A stretch of DNA of 64,000 nt. It comes from a virus (lineage: Duplodnaviria > Heunggongvirae > Uroviricota > Caudoviricetes). Position 1 is the first letter of the stretch, and every line of letters starts with the position of its first letter. The position numbers and the translations under genes are program-made. The stretch lies in IMG/VR virus record IMGVR_UViG_3300017707_001811, positions 101,573-165,572 of that record; one strand, written 5' to 3'. The notes beneath the pieces are model-generated. The model was given only the letters and a program-made list of their open reading frames with translations. It was not told the DNA's origin and searched no databases. Of this stretch, positions 46,655 to 56,030 are shown piece by piece.

Positions 46655-47176
46655 ATGAATTGGTACATTGTTAGAAGTCAGGCTAATAGAGAAAGAAAAG
46701 TTAGCGAGAGACTAATCAAAGAAGGAGAGAACGGAGACCTAAAAGGTGTCTTAGGGAGAGTTATAGTCCCGACAGAAAAAGTATTTTCAATCAAAGAAGG
46801 TAAAAAAGTACAAAGAGAAAAAGTAATATTTCCTGGGTATATTTTTGTTGAATGTTCGGCTATCGGAGAATTGAAACAAGTTGTTAAATCAATAAATGGT
46901 GCCACTGGTTTACTCACTGATAGAACAGGTGAAATCCAAATTGTTAAAGAACAAGAAGTAAATAGAATGATTGGGTTACATGAAGAAAATAAAAATAAAA
47001 ATTTTGCAGATATTTTCTCAGTTGGAGATGAAGTGACAATAACTGAAGGACCCTTTGCGTCATTTAAAGGAGCAATTGATTTTATTGATAAAGATAAAGG
47101 TAAGTTGAAAGTTAACGTATCAATCTTTGGAAGGATAACTGTGGTAGAATTAAACGAATTTCAAGTAAAAAAATGA
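46655..47176 (+). CDS. nusG: NusG-like transcription antitermination factor (NGN plus KOW)
   Basis: WYIVRSQANRERKV...VIVPTEKV...FPGYIFVE...GDEVTITEGPFASFKG...VSIFGRITVVEL. Confidence 0.8.
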   Translation: MNWYIVRSQANRERKVSERLIKEGENGDLKGVLGRVIVPTEKVFSIKEGKKVQREKVIFPGYIFVECSAIGELKQVVKSINGATGLLTDRTGEIQIVKEQEVNRMIGLHEENKNKNFADIFSVGDEVTITEGPFASFKGAIDFIDKDKGKLKVNVSIFGRITVVELNEFQVKK

Positions 47177-47243
47177 TTAGTTTATCAGATTTAGTAGATA
47201 TGGTTCAAAATTCTGCACGTATGGATAGAGAATTAACGCCTAG

Positions 47244-47651
47244 ATGGGTTTATTACATATCTTTGGTTGGAATGGCATTCTTATTAACAATCTCATTAAT
47301 TTATTAATAATGATTAAAATTAACGGTAAAATATTATCTGATAATCCATTTTTAAATCACGAAAAAATTCAAGATTTAGTATTTTATGACGCTCCATTAG
47401 CGGTATTATATAAATACGAAAATGAATACTATGTATGGTGGTGGTTGGATATGGATGGTGTGTGCAATCGACATGGTGTATTTAAAACAACGATAAAAAA
47501 ATTAGAAAGTTGGAGAGAGTTTGATTATAGTTGGGATAAATTAAAAGATGCTATTGATAGTGATTTATCATACATTATTAATTTAGATACTAGTGGGGAT
47601 TTTGTTGTTGGTTGGGAAGTAACATCTGACGTTATATTAGATTATGAATGA
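47244..47651 (+). CDS. hypothetical protein
   Basis: ORF only. Confidence 0.35.
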   Translation: MGLLHIFGWNGILINNLINLLIMIKINGKILSDNPFLNHEKIQDLVFYDAPLAVLYKYENEYYVWWWLDMDGVCNRHGVFKTTIKKLESWREFDYSWDKLKDAIDSDLSYIINLDTSGDFVVGWEVTSDVILDYE

Positions 47652-47974
47652 ATACACAAAAAGAAATAATCCTATGTGCCGCTATTTGGTATAAAGACAT
47701 ACCAATAAAAAAAGAAATTCCAAAAGACGCTGTATTACCAATCAATTGTGATAGAGGGTTAGTATTCTGCGGATATAGACATAATCATTGTATGTATACA
47801 ATGGTTGCGGTTACGGGACTAAGAAGTGTTGAAACTGAAATAGGTGAGTATGTCCAAGGGTTCCTCACTAACAAAAATAGATTTGTAAATAGAGAAGAGG
47901 CGGCTAAAATCCATATATCTAACGGACATAAAATTGATTTCGAAAATAGATTATTCAGTGAAGACCTCTATTAA
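47648..47974 (+). CDS. hypothetical protein
   Basis: ORF only. Confidence 0.35.
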   Translation: MNTQKEIILCAAIWYKDIPIKKEIPKDAVLPINCDRGLVFCGYRHNHCMYTMVAVTGLRSVETEIGEYVQGFLTNKNRFVNREEAAKIHISNGHKIDFENRLFSEDLY

Positions 47975-48185
47975 TAGTGAATTATGTAAAAAAATAGTTA
48001 AATCAGTTTATCCTGATTTAGTTATAAACAACATTGAAATAATACCAAGAAATATATTAGTGGAAGGTAAATGGGTTGAGGACTTACCTGCAATTTTTGT
48101 TGGTATCGGAAGCACTGAACACACAGATATTAGTGAAACTTTAACTAAACTAAGTGGACTTGAGTTTAATGTTTTTATTTCGTAA
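47934..48185 (+). CDS. hypothetical protein
   Basis: ORF only. Confidence 0.3.
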   Translation: MISKIDYSVKTSINSELCKKIVKSVYPDLVINNIEIIPRNILVEGKWVEDLPAIFVGIGSTEHTDISETLTKLSGLEFNVFIS

Positions 48186-48212
48186 AAAATTAGATAATTA
48201 AAAATTTTAGAG

Positions 48213-48220
48213 TATATTTG
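48213..48220 (+). promoter_or_regulatory. TATATTTG -7 box
   Basis: 15 nt upstream of the ATG at 48236. Confidence 0.45.
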
Positions 48221-48235
48221 TAAAAAATATAAGAA

Positions 48236-48967
48236 ATGTTCAAGTTCTATGAGGTCGGAGGTAAAATAAGAGACGAAATCCTTGGTTTAAAATCAAAGGA
48301 TGTTGATTACGTTGCGGTACCAAGTGACGAGTTAATTAATGATATTAGCTCACCTCATTCTATGTTTGGAATACTCGAAGGATTTTTAAAAGAAGAAGGT
48401 TTTGAAATATTTTTAATTACACCTGATTGTTTTACGATTAGAGCCAAGTTTCCCCAAGGGCATACATACGAAGGTGTTGCTGATTTTGTAATGGCGAGAA
48501 AGGAATTGGGATATATTCCTGGCACAAGAACTCCATTGGTTAAACCAGGAACTCTATACGATGATTTGGAAAGACGTGACTTTACATTAAACGCATTGGC
48601 TAAAGATTCAGATGGAAACATTATTGATTTCTTTGGTGGTGAGGATGATTTGAAACATGGTATGTTAAGAACACCACTAGATTGTAAAGTAACTTTTGAT
48701 GATGACCCTTTACGTATTTTGAGAGCAATTAGGTTTTCAATTACTAAGGGATTTACTATGTCTAGAAAGATAGTTGAAGAAATATACATCTACGACTACG
48801 ACAATAAAATGTCTGTAGTATCTACAGAAAGAATCAGAGAAGAGCTCCTCAAGTGTTTTAAACATGACACGATTAAAACATTAAACACTTTGGAGGAGTT
48901 TTACAGATTAAGAGATTATATCTTTAAAAACAATATTTTGTGGTTAAAACCAACTTTAGAAAAATGA
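48236..48967 (+). CDS. tRNA nucleotidyltransferase (CCA-adding, polymerase-beta-type) head domain
   Basis: GGKIRDEILGLKSKDVDYV and ERRDFTLNALA motifs. Confidence 0.75.
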   Translation: MFKFYEVGGKIRDEILGLKSKDVDYVAVPSDELINDISSPHSMFGILEGFLKEEGFEIFLITPDCFTIRAKFPQGHTYEGVADFVMARKELGYIPGTRTPLVKPGTLYDDLERRDFTLNALAKDSDGNIIDFFGGEDDLKHGMLRTPLDCKVTFDDDPLRILRAIRFSITKGFTMSRKIVEEIYIYDYDNKMSVVSTERIREELLKCFKHDTIKTLNTLEEFYRLRDYIFKNNILWLKPTLEK

Positions 48968-49257
48968 ATATGAAGAAAGCAAGTAATATAAAATTAATAA
49001 TGTTTTTAATTTTATTAATATTTTTATCGTTAGGTGTCTTTTATTTTTTTAAAACCGTAACAATTGGTGAAAAAATAACAATTGAATATCAAAAAACAAC
49101 AGTGGTTTCTATTAAAAGAAAACCACCAAAAAACGTACATGAAGAAATTAATTTGTGGTATGAAATAGAACTATCTAATGGTAATAAGTTCGTATCATCA
49201 CATAGATATTTAGTTGGTGATACAGTATATTATGAAATCTATAAAATAAATAAGTGA
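48940..49257 (+). CDS. small membrane protein
   Basis: N-terminal TM helix. Confidence 0.35.
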   Translation: MVKTNFRKMNMKKASNIKLIMFLILLIFLSLGVFYFFKTVTIGEKITIEYQKTTVVSIKRKPPKNVHEEINLWYEIELSNGNKFVSSHRYLVGDTVYYEIYKINK

Positions 49258-49499
49258 TGGAAGTAAGTATGGACGGACTAAGAAACCATTTGTTAAGAAG
49301 TTATAACTCTTTGGTTTCTAAATTAAATAAACGAATTGACGGTGACGACATTGTTGATTTGGAAATTTACGATATTGAAAGAGAACTTGAGGGTATTAGA
49401 AGTTGTATTGTTACACTAGCTTTTACATCACTTGAAGGTGAAGGAGGGTGGAAATCAATGGATGACAGTACTCACTTTGAGCAATTTAATCCTGAATAA
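49254..49499 (+). CDS. hypothetical protein
   Basis: ORF only. Confidence 0.3.
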   Translation: MMEVSMDGLRNHLLRSYNSLVSKLNKRIDGDDIVDLEIYDIERELEGIRSCIVTLAFTSLEGEGGWKSMDDSTHFEQFNPE

Positions 49500-49517
49500 G
49501 AGTTGGAAGATTAAAAA

Positions 49518-49841
49518 TTGTATCAGAAATTGCAAAAGAAGTTTTGGCGGGAGAGTAATCCCGCCGTATCTTTGTTAAATATAAAAAACACTCAAATGAC
49601 TAGCAACGAATTTAATAAGAAATATAAAGAATATCTTGGTGAAAGACACTATGGATTGGATATTGAGGTCCCCCAACTAACACTTTGGTTAGACGAAAAA
49701 TTCCAAGAATTCATCAAAATTCCTGAATTTAAATACTATCAAATCAAAACAAAATTTGGTTATGGTAGATTCTATTGTGATGGGGTACCTCAAGAACAAA
49801 TAACTGAGGTTGAGGTAAAAATTAGAGAACTTTGTAAATAA
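49518..49841 (+). CDS. hypothetical protein
   Basis: ORF only. Confidence 0.35.
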   Translation: MYQKLQKKFWRESNPAVSLLNIKNTQMTSNEFNKKYKEYLGERHYGLDIEVPQLTLWLDEKFQEFIKIPEFKYYQIKTKFGYGRFYCDGVPQEQITEVEVKIRELCK

Positions 49842-49855
49842 AAAAGAGGTATATT

Positions 49856-50149
49856 ATGTCAGGAGGACATTTTGATTATAATCAATACAAAATCGGATAT
49901 ATTGCCGATGAAGTAGAGCAACTTATTGAAAGAAACGGTAAGGAAATACCAAAACAATATCGTGATGATTGGTCGGGTACCAATTACTACGAATATCCAC
50001 CTGAAGTAATTGAGAAATTCAAAGAAGGTGTTGAGATTCTTCGTAAAGCTCAAATTTACGCTCAAAGGATTGATTGGTTGGTTTCAGGTGATGATGGTAA
50101 TGAATCTTTTTTGAGAAGACTGAAAGAAGATTTGGAAAAATTGAAATAG
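49856..50149 (+). CDS. hypothetical protein
   Basis: ORF only. Confidence 0.35.
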   Translation: MSGGHFDYNQYKIGYIADEVEQLIERNGKEIPKQYRDDWSGTNYYEYPPEVIEKFKEGVEILRKAQIYAQRIDWLVSGDDGNESFLRRLKEDLEKLK

Positions 50150-50167
50150 TTTTTGTATATTTGCAAT

Positions 50168-50866
50168 ATGATTCTAAAGATAGAAAAAGATATAAAAGGA
50201 ATTTTCCCAAAAATTTGGATATGTTCTGACCCCCACTACAACCACAAAAATATTTGTAGAGGTGTTACGAATTGGAGAACCTTGGATGGAGAAGTTCCCG
50301 AAGAACAAACTCGCGATTTCCCAACCATTGAGAAAATGAACGAGGCAATTCTGAATGGGATTAACTGGAATGTTGGACAAGATGACATTTTAATTTGTCT
50401 TGGAGACTGGTCTTTTGGTGGGTTTGAGTCTATTAAACAATTCAGAGATAGAATTGTTTGTAAAAATGTACACTTAGTACTTGGTAATCACGACCACCAC
50501 ATTGAACGTAACAGAGAGAACATTAAGGCTTTATTTAGTTCAGTTTCAGAATACCTGAGAGTTGTTGTGATGGAACCGATTAAAAAAGATGTTACTAAAC
50601 GACATGAGTTTGTATGTATGCACTACCCAATACAAAGTTGGGACGGTTTAAATAAAGGAGTTTATCATCTACACGGACATGTACACTTACCAAATGAACG
50701 AAAGTTTGGTCGTGGTAAGAAAATGGACGTTGGTTTTGACGGACATCCTGAATTCAGACCGTACAATCTACTAAAAGAAGTTGTGCCGATGTTAAGTAAG
50801 AGAGAAATGTTGTCGGATATGTCAAATGACCATCACCTTGAAAGATTATTAAACAGTGATAAATAA
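50168..50866 (+). CDS. calcineurin-like metallophosphoesterase
   Basis: ICSDPHYNH, LGDWSFGG, LGNHDHH, HGHVH motifs; start 4 nt after the TATATTTG box (50156-50163). Confidence 0.75.
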   Translation: MILKIEKDIKGIFPKIWICSDPHYNHKNICRGVTNWRTLDGEVPEEQTRDFPTIEKMNEAILNGINWNVGQDDILICLGDWSFGGFESIKQFRDRIVCKNVHLVLGNHDHHIERNRENIKALFSSVSEYLRVVVMEPIKKDVTKRHEFVCMHYPIQSWDGLNKGVYHLHGHVHLPNERKFGRGKKMDVGFDGHPEFRPYNLLKEVVPMLSKREMLSDMSNDHHLERLLNSDK

Positions 50867-51455
50867 TTTTGAACACATAAAAAAATTTTTAATATTTGAA
50901 TCTGAAGACGATTACTATCTTCTTCAGATTCTTAGACGTAAAAAAGAAAATTCAGATGTTGGTAATAAACCTAACGTTGTTAAGACTTATTATATCGACT
51001 CTATTGATTTTTTTGATAGGGTTATTCCTGAAATAATTGCCATCTCTAATGAAAGAAATAGCCGAGCTTATATAAATCTAAATCGAAGGTCCTTCAGAAA
51101 AACTGCAATTAGGACTTTACAAGAGATTGCGAATAATATTGAGTCAGGAAATTATAAATCCGCAAGAAAGGCTTACGAAAAAATATCAGGAAAATCTCCT
51201 AATGAGAAAGATAAAAAATGGGTAATTGATATAGATTGGAAGGATTTTCCTGATAAAAAAACTGAGATTGCTAATCTGGTTTTATATGCTATTGAGTTAC
51301 AATCAGAGACTGATAATGTACCGATGAGCGAACCAATCCCAACTAAAAACGGTATTCACTATATAACTAGACCATTTAATCTAAAGAAATTTAATGAAAG
51401 GTACCCAAAAATTGAGGTACATAAAGATAGATACACTTTATTATATATCCCTTAA
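50856..51455 (+). CDS. hypothetical protein
   Basis: ORF only. Confidence 0.4.
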   Translation: MINNFEHIKKFLIFESEDDYYLLQILRRKKENSDVGNKPNVVKTYYIDSIDFFDRVIPEIIAISNERNSRAYINLNRRSFRKTAIRTLQEIANNIESGNYKSARKAYEKISGKSPNEKDKKWVIDIDWKDFPDKKTEIANLVLYAIELQSETDNVPMSEPIPTKNGIHYITRPFNLKKFNERYPKIEVHKDRYTLLYIP

Positions 51456-51456
51456 T

Positions 51457-52458
51457 ATGAAATTTGATTTTAAAGACATTGTTTTAGTACCTGAAGTTTT
51501 ATCGTCAATCTCGTCTAGGTCAGAAATAGATATTACTGATGAATTTGGTAAACTACCATTGATTGTTTCCCCTATGGATACTGTGATAAATGAAGGTAAT
51601 TCTGAATTATTTGAAAAATTAGGATTTACAGTTTGTTTACCTAGAGGAGAGAATGTTACCGAAAATCAATTTAGGTCTATTTCTTTGGACGACTTTGAAA
51701 TTTTGACTGATTATTTAGTAGTAACTAATGATTATTTATTAGTTGATATTGCAAATGGTCATATGGAAAAATTATATTCACTATGTGAAAAGTTTTTAGA
51801 AAAAAATAATGGTGATAAATTAATGATTGGTAATATTGCCAATCCAAAAACCTACAAAAAATTTGCAGAGATTGGGGTTGGTTTTATTAGGGTCGGTATC
51901 GGAGGTGGTAGTGGTTGTCTAACCTCAGCAAATACTGGTGTTCATTATCCCATGGCTTCACTAATTAATGAGTGTTACCAATTTAAAAAGGATAATGGTT
52001 ATACAACTAAAATAGTTGCTGATGGAGGTTTTAGAAACTATGATGATATTATTAAAGCCATTGCATTAGGTGCGGATTATGTTATGTTAGGAGGAATGTT
52101 AAATAAAAGTTTAGAATCGTGTTCTCCTGTTAAATTATTTGGTAAATTAAAAATTTCTACTAAATTTGCAAATAAATTGTGGGCAAATTATCCAAAACTC
52201 AGAAAGTTTTTTTACAAAGACTTCAGAGGTATGAGTACTAAAGAAGTTCAAAAAAAATGGGGTAGAAAGAATATTAAAACATCTGAAGGGGTACACAGGG
52301 TTAACAAAGTTGAGTACAAGTTAGATACGTGGGTTGATAACTTTAAAGACTATTTAAAATCTGCAATGTCATATACTAACTCAAAAAATTTAAATAGTTT
52401 TAGATACAGTGAGTTTGTAAAAATTACAGAAAACGCATATAAAAGATTTAATAAATAA
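51457..52458 (+). CDS. GMP reductase-like (IMPDH/GMPR family, no CBS insert)
   Basis: KDIVLVPEV...SPMDTV...GIGGGSGCLTS (active-site Cys loop)...VADGGFRNYDDIIKAIALGADYVMLGG; length matches GuaC rather than IMPDH. Confidence 0.7.
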   Translation: MKFDFKDIVLVPEVLSSISSRSEIDITDEFGKLPLIVSPMDTVINEGNSELFEKLGFTVCLPRGENVTENQFRSISLDDFEILTDYLVVTNDYLLVDIANGHMEKLYSLCEKFLEKNNGDKLMIGNIANPKTYKKFAEIGVGFIRVGIGGGSGCLTSANTGVHYPMASLINECYQFKKDNGYTTKIVADGGFRNYDDIIKAIALGADYVMLGGMLNKSLESCSPVKLFGKLKISTKFANKLWANYPKLRKFFYKDFRGMSTKEVQKKWGRKNIKTSEGVHRVNKVEYKLDTWVDNFKDYLKSAMSYTNSKNLNSFRYSEFVKITENAYKRFNK

Positions 52459-52463
52459 TTTTT

Positions 52464-52880
52464 ATGATGAAAACACTTTTTATTGTTAGAGGAGTACCAG
52501 GTTCAGGTAAATCAACGTTTGCTCATGCTATTTGGAATAATTATGCTATTTGTGAAGCCGACCAGTACTTCATAGATAAAGAAACAGGTGAATATAAGTT
52601 TAATCCTGATGAACTAAAAAACGCTCACCAATGGTGTAGAGATGAGGTTGAAACAAAAATGAAAGATAATCAAGCAAATCCTCAATACTACCCTGAAATT
52701 GTAGTTTCAAATACATTCACACAGGAGTGGGAAATGGAACCTTACTTTAAACTAGCTGAAAAGTATGGTTATAAAGTATTTTCTTTTATTGTTGAGAATC
52801 GACACGGGGGCGTGAATACTCATGGTGTTCCAGAAGATAAAATTCAAGTAATGAAAGATAGATTTCAAATCAAACTATGA
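52464..52880 (+). CDS. small P-loop kinase (polynucleotide/nucleoside kinase-like)
   Basis: Walker A VRGVPGSGKST. Confidence 0.5.
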   Translation: MMKTLFIVRGVPGSGKSTFAHAIWNNYAICEADQYFIDKETGEYKFNPDELKNAHQWCRDEVETKMKDNQANPQYYPEIVVSNTFTQEWEMEPYFKLAEKYGYKVFSFIVENRHGGVNTHGVPEDKIQVMKDRFQIKL

Positions 52881-52965
52881 AATACTTAAAAAAAATTTGG
52901 AAATATCTTATTTTTGTACAAGAAGAAGTTGATAAGATTAGAGAAAAGTCTTCGTTTGGTAAATT

Positions 52966-53841
52966 TTAAACCCTAAGACTTTTTTTAATTTCATCTCCAG
53001 CATCAAACATGTCAATGTTTGAAATCGCCCAAGAGTTTCTACTTCTTTTAGCTTCTTCACGGTTTTTAGGTCTTTCAACATTATCGACAATCCAATCAAT
53101 CCATCCTTTAATTCCTTTATCACCTGAAGGTTTTTTACTTTGGACATGTTTTGCCATGAATTTGATTTGTTTATCGCAATCAGATAATACTTTCATCTTT
53201 TCTTCAGGAGACTCATCCTCAACCCCGTATTCCTTTAACAACGCAATGCCTAATCCACCACATATATTGTATTGCCATAACCCAAAAGAACAATAACCAC
53301 CTATACTTGATTCAGGGTGTTTTTTAGCATAGTCACCACCATCACCTCTCGATTTACATTTAAACCCAGATTCTTTAGCTGCATTAGCAACTAATGCGAT
53401 TGATAATTTTTTGTTGTTTAAAATTGAATCTAATTTTCTGTACAAATCAACTGGTGATATTTTACCATCGCCTGACTCAAATTTAAATTTTTCTGACTTA
53501 ACAATATTAATCTCTTTATCTATTTTTTCTTTTTCGTCTTTACTAAAGTCCATGTCCTCAACCGACTCATCACTATCATCATCTAAATCTAACTTATCTT
53601 TAATAAAGTCGACCGCATCCTCCCCAACATCCTTTAAAAATTCTAATGTATCATCTAACCAATCCTCGTTTAAATTATACATTCCTCTTATTTGTTTTTT
53701 TTCGTCTTCTGAAATTATGAAACGTTTGGACATAGTAATATTTTTTTTATAAATACATCCAAAAATAAATTTGTTACTGATTATATTTTTACTATCTTTG
53801 TTTAAAATTAGTTTATGACAAAAAAAGAAAAATTCTTTCAT
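52966..53841 (-). CDS. hypothetical protein with the conserved N-terminal module
   Basis: N-terminus MSKRFIISEDEKKQIRGMYNLNEDWLDDTLEFLKD is paralogous to 35015(+) and 42642(-); C-terminal half Gly/Cys-rich. Confidence 0.5.
   Translation of the reverse strand: MKEFFFFCHKLILNKDSKNIISNKFIFGCIYKKNITMSKRFIISEDEKKQIRGMYNLNEDWLDDTLEFLKDVGEDAVDFIKDKLDLDDDSDESVEDMDFSKDEKEKIDKEINIVKSEKFKFESGDGKISPVDLYRKLDSILNNKKLSIALVANAAKESGFKCKSRGDGGDYAKKHPESSIGGYCSFGLWQYNICGGLGIALLKEYGVEDESPEEKMKVLSDCDKQIKFMAKHVQSKKPSGDKGIKGWIDWIVDNVERPKNREEAKRSRNSWAISNIDMFDAGDEIKKSLRV
53793..53800 (+). promoter_or_regulatory. TATCTTTG -7 box
   Basis: 14 nt upstream of the ATG at 53815. Confidence 0.45.
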
Positions 53842-54102
53842 AATTTACTTATTGATTTACATACCGCTCGTTGGACACTTAATGGTGACATGGTAAATGC
53901 AATTCTTGACAATATTGGAGGTTATTCATATGCACATACAAATGGTAATGTTTGGGATGAAGATGACAAGTACGATAAAGCTTATGAAAGATTTGTTGAG
54001 AAACATAATGATATTATGAGTGGTAACTATAGTAAAACAACTAAGGTATATGAAACACCTAAAGATTCTAAATGGTTAAAAAATGAAAATGATGGAAAAT
54101 AA
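53815..54102 (+). CDS. hypothetical protein
   Basis: ORF only. Confidence 0.35.
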   Translation: MTKKEKFFHNLLIDLHTARWTLNGDMVNAILDNIGGYSYAHTNGNVWDEDDKYDKAYERFVEKHNDIMSGNYSKTTKVYETPKDSKWLKNENDGK

Positions 54103-55237
54103 TAATTCAGTGTGCTATGTAGCACGTATTGACGAAATTAAAGAAATACCTGGCGCTGATAACATTGTACAAGGTGTTATTGGAGGATGGAATTGTATTA
54201 TTCAAAAAGAACAATACCAAGCTGGCGACTTAGTAGTTGTTGCAACTACAGATGCGGTTATTCCTTTAGATTTATCTGATGCGATGAACGTGACTAATTA
54301 TTTACGTAAAGGTCAACGTGTACGTACTGTTAAGTTGAGAGGTGTTTATTCTGAATGTTTAATCATTCCTTTAAAATACGCTCGTGAAGTAGCTAAACAT
54401 GCTAACACAAAATGGGATGAAGGTGAAGACATGATGGATGTATTAAAGATATTTAAATACGAACCACCTGCAGTACAAATACAATTATCTTCAGGTAAAA
54501 AGGTAAGATATCACCAAAACCCGAACTTCCATGTTTACTATAAGTTCCCAAACTTGAAGAATGTTGCAGGAATGTTTACCGAAGAAGATACTGTTGAAAT
54601 TACTCGTAAAATTCACGGTACAAATGCTCGTTATGGGATTGTTAAGAAAACTAAATTAACATTATGGGATAAGTTTAAGAAGTTTATTGGATTGGCGGAT
54701 AAATGGATTGAGTATGAGTATGTGTATGGTTCTCATAATGTTGAAAAGGGGTCCGACTCACAAGGGTTTTATTCAACTGATGTGTGGAGAGAGGTTGCTG
54801 ACAAATACCAAATCAAAAAGAAGTTATGGGATTATGTTAAAAACAACGCTATGGAACCAGAAATTGGAGATGGGATTACAATATACGGTGAAATCTATGG
54901 TGCGGGTATCCAAAAGAACTATGAATACGGTTTAAATGATATTAAATTTGTGGGGTTCGATGTTAAAGAAAACGGAGAGTATTTAAGTCCTATTAATGCT
55001 AAACTACAGATTAAATATCTTTTAGAATTGCCATATGTCGAAATCTTACATTTCGGAAAATGGTCTCAAGAGGTACAAGACAAATATACATTTAATAACT
55101 TTATTGAAGGTACAAAAGTACCACATGAAGGTATTGTGATTAAATATGAGTCGGGTGGACGTAATAAAGTGGCAAAAGTAATCAACCCAGATTATTTAAT
55201 TTATGCTGAAAAAAAGGATGTTGGGGACTCTCACTAA
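54083..55237 (+). CDS. RNA ligase, Rnl2 family, with N-terminal extension
   Basis: Motif I RKIHGTNARYG (T4 Rnl2 EKIHGTN) and motif V NKVAKVINPDY. Confidence 0.7.
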   Translation: MKMMENNNSVCYVARIDEIKEIPGADNIVQGVIGGWNCIIQKEQYQAGDLVVVATTDAVIPLDLSDAMNVTNYLRKGQRVRTVKLRGVYSECLIIPLKYAREVAKHANTKWDEGEDMMDVLKIFKYEPPAVQIQLSSGKKVRYHQNPNFHVYYKFPNLKNVAGMFTEEDTVEITRKIHGTNARYGIVKKTKLTLWDKFKKFIGLADKWIEYEYVYGSHNVEKGSDSQGFYSTDVWREVADKYQIKKKLWDYVKNNAMEPEIGDGITIYGEIYGAGIQKNYEYGLNDIKFVGFDVKENGEYLSPINAKLQIKYLLELPYVEILHFGKWSQEVQDKYTFNNFIEGTKVPHEGIVIKYESGGRNKVAKVINPDYLIYAEKKDVGDSH

Positions 55238-55269
55238 CATCCTTTTTAAAAACTTAGAAAAAAAATAAA

Positions 55270-55707
55270 ATGATAGAAAAAGAAAGGAAATTTATTTTAA
55301 AGTACCTCCCATCAGGACTTAAAAAACAAAAAATTAAACAAGGATACATCTCAAATAACAGTAAAACTCAAGTTAGAGTTAGAATTATTGATGATTCATC
55401 TGCCTTTATAACTGTTAAGTTTAAAATTGATAATGAGACTAGACAAGAGTTTGAATATAAAATACCAATCGATGAAGGTTTTGAAATATATCATTCATGT
55501 AGTTTAAAATTAGAAAAAATTAGATACAAAACAAAATATGAAAATAACCAAATTGATATTGATGTTTATCAAAATGGAAAGTCTGTTGTTGAAATTGAAT
55601 ATGAAGATGTTTTAACAAAATTACCTGATTATTGTGGTGAAGAGGTTACTGGAGTTAAAGAATGGTCTAACTCATCAATAGCAAAATCAATAATGGAAAA
55701 TTATTAA
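55270..55707 (+). CDS. CYTH-like domain protein
   Basis: N-terminal MIEKERKFIL (ExExK signature). Confidence 0.45.
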   Translation: MIEKERKFILKYLPSGLKKQKIKQGYISNNSKTQVRVRIIDDSSAFITVKFKIDNETRQEFEYKIPIDEGFEIYHSCSLKLEKIRYKTKYENNQIDIDVYQNGKSVVEIEYEDVLTKLPDYCGEEVTGVKEWSNSSIAKSIMENY

Positions 55708-55742
55708 ACATAAAATTAACTAAGAATAAAAAATAATTAAAT

Positions 55743-55994
55743 ATGAAAAAAATTTTTTTAAGTGTTATTACAATCTCTATAGTGATGGTGTCATGTACTG
55801 ACGCAACAATGAGTAAAATGGGTGGATACGGGGATACCTTTACAGTTAAAGTACTTGGACCTGATACCATAATCACCTATCACTCAACAGGAAAGGTAAT
55901 TAGTGAAGAACATTCTGACGGATATTATTTTACAAATCGTGAGACTGGGAAGTTGATTGAAGTTAGTGGAAATGTTATAATTGAACAAGAGTAA
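55743..55994 (+). CDS. small lipoprotein
   Basis: Signal peptide ending VMVSC. Confidence 0.35.
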   Translation: MKKIFLSVITISIVMVSCTDATMSKMGGYGDTFTVKVLGPDTIITYHSTGKVISEEHSDGYYFTNRETGKLIEVSGNVIIEQE

Positions 55995-56030
55995 TGATGT
56001 TACTTATATGTACCCTATGCGGGATATGGG

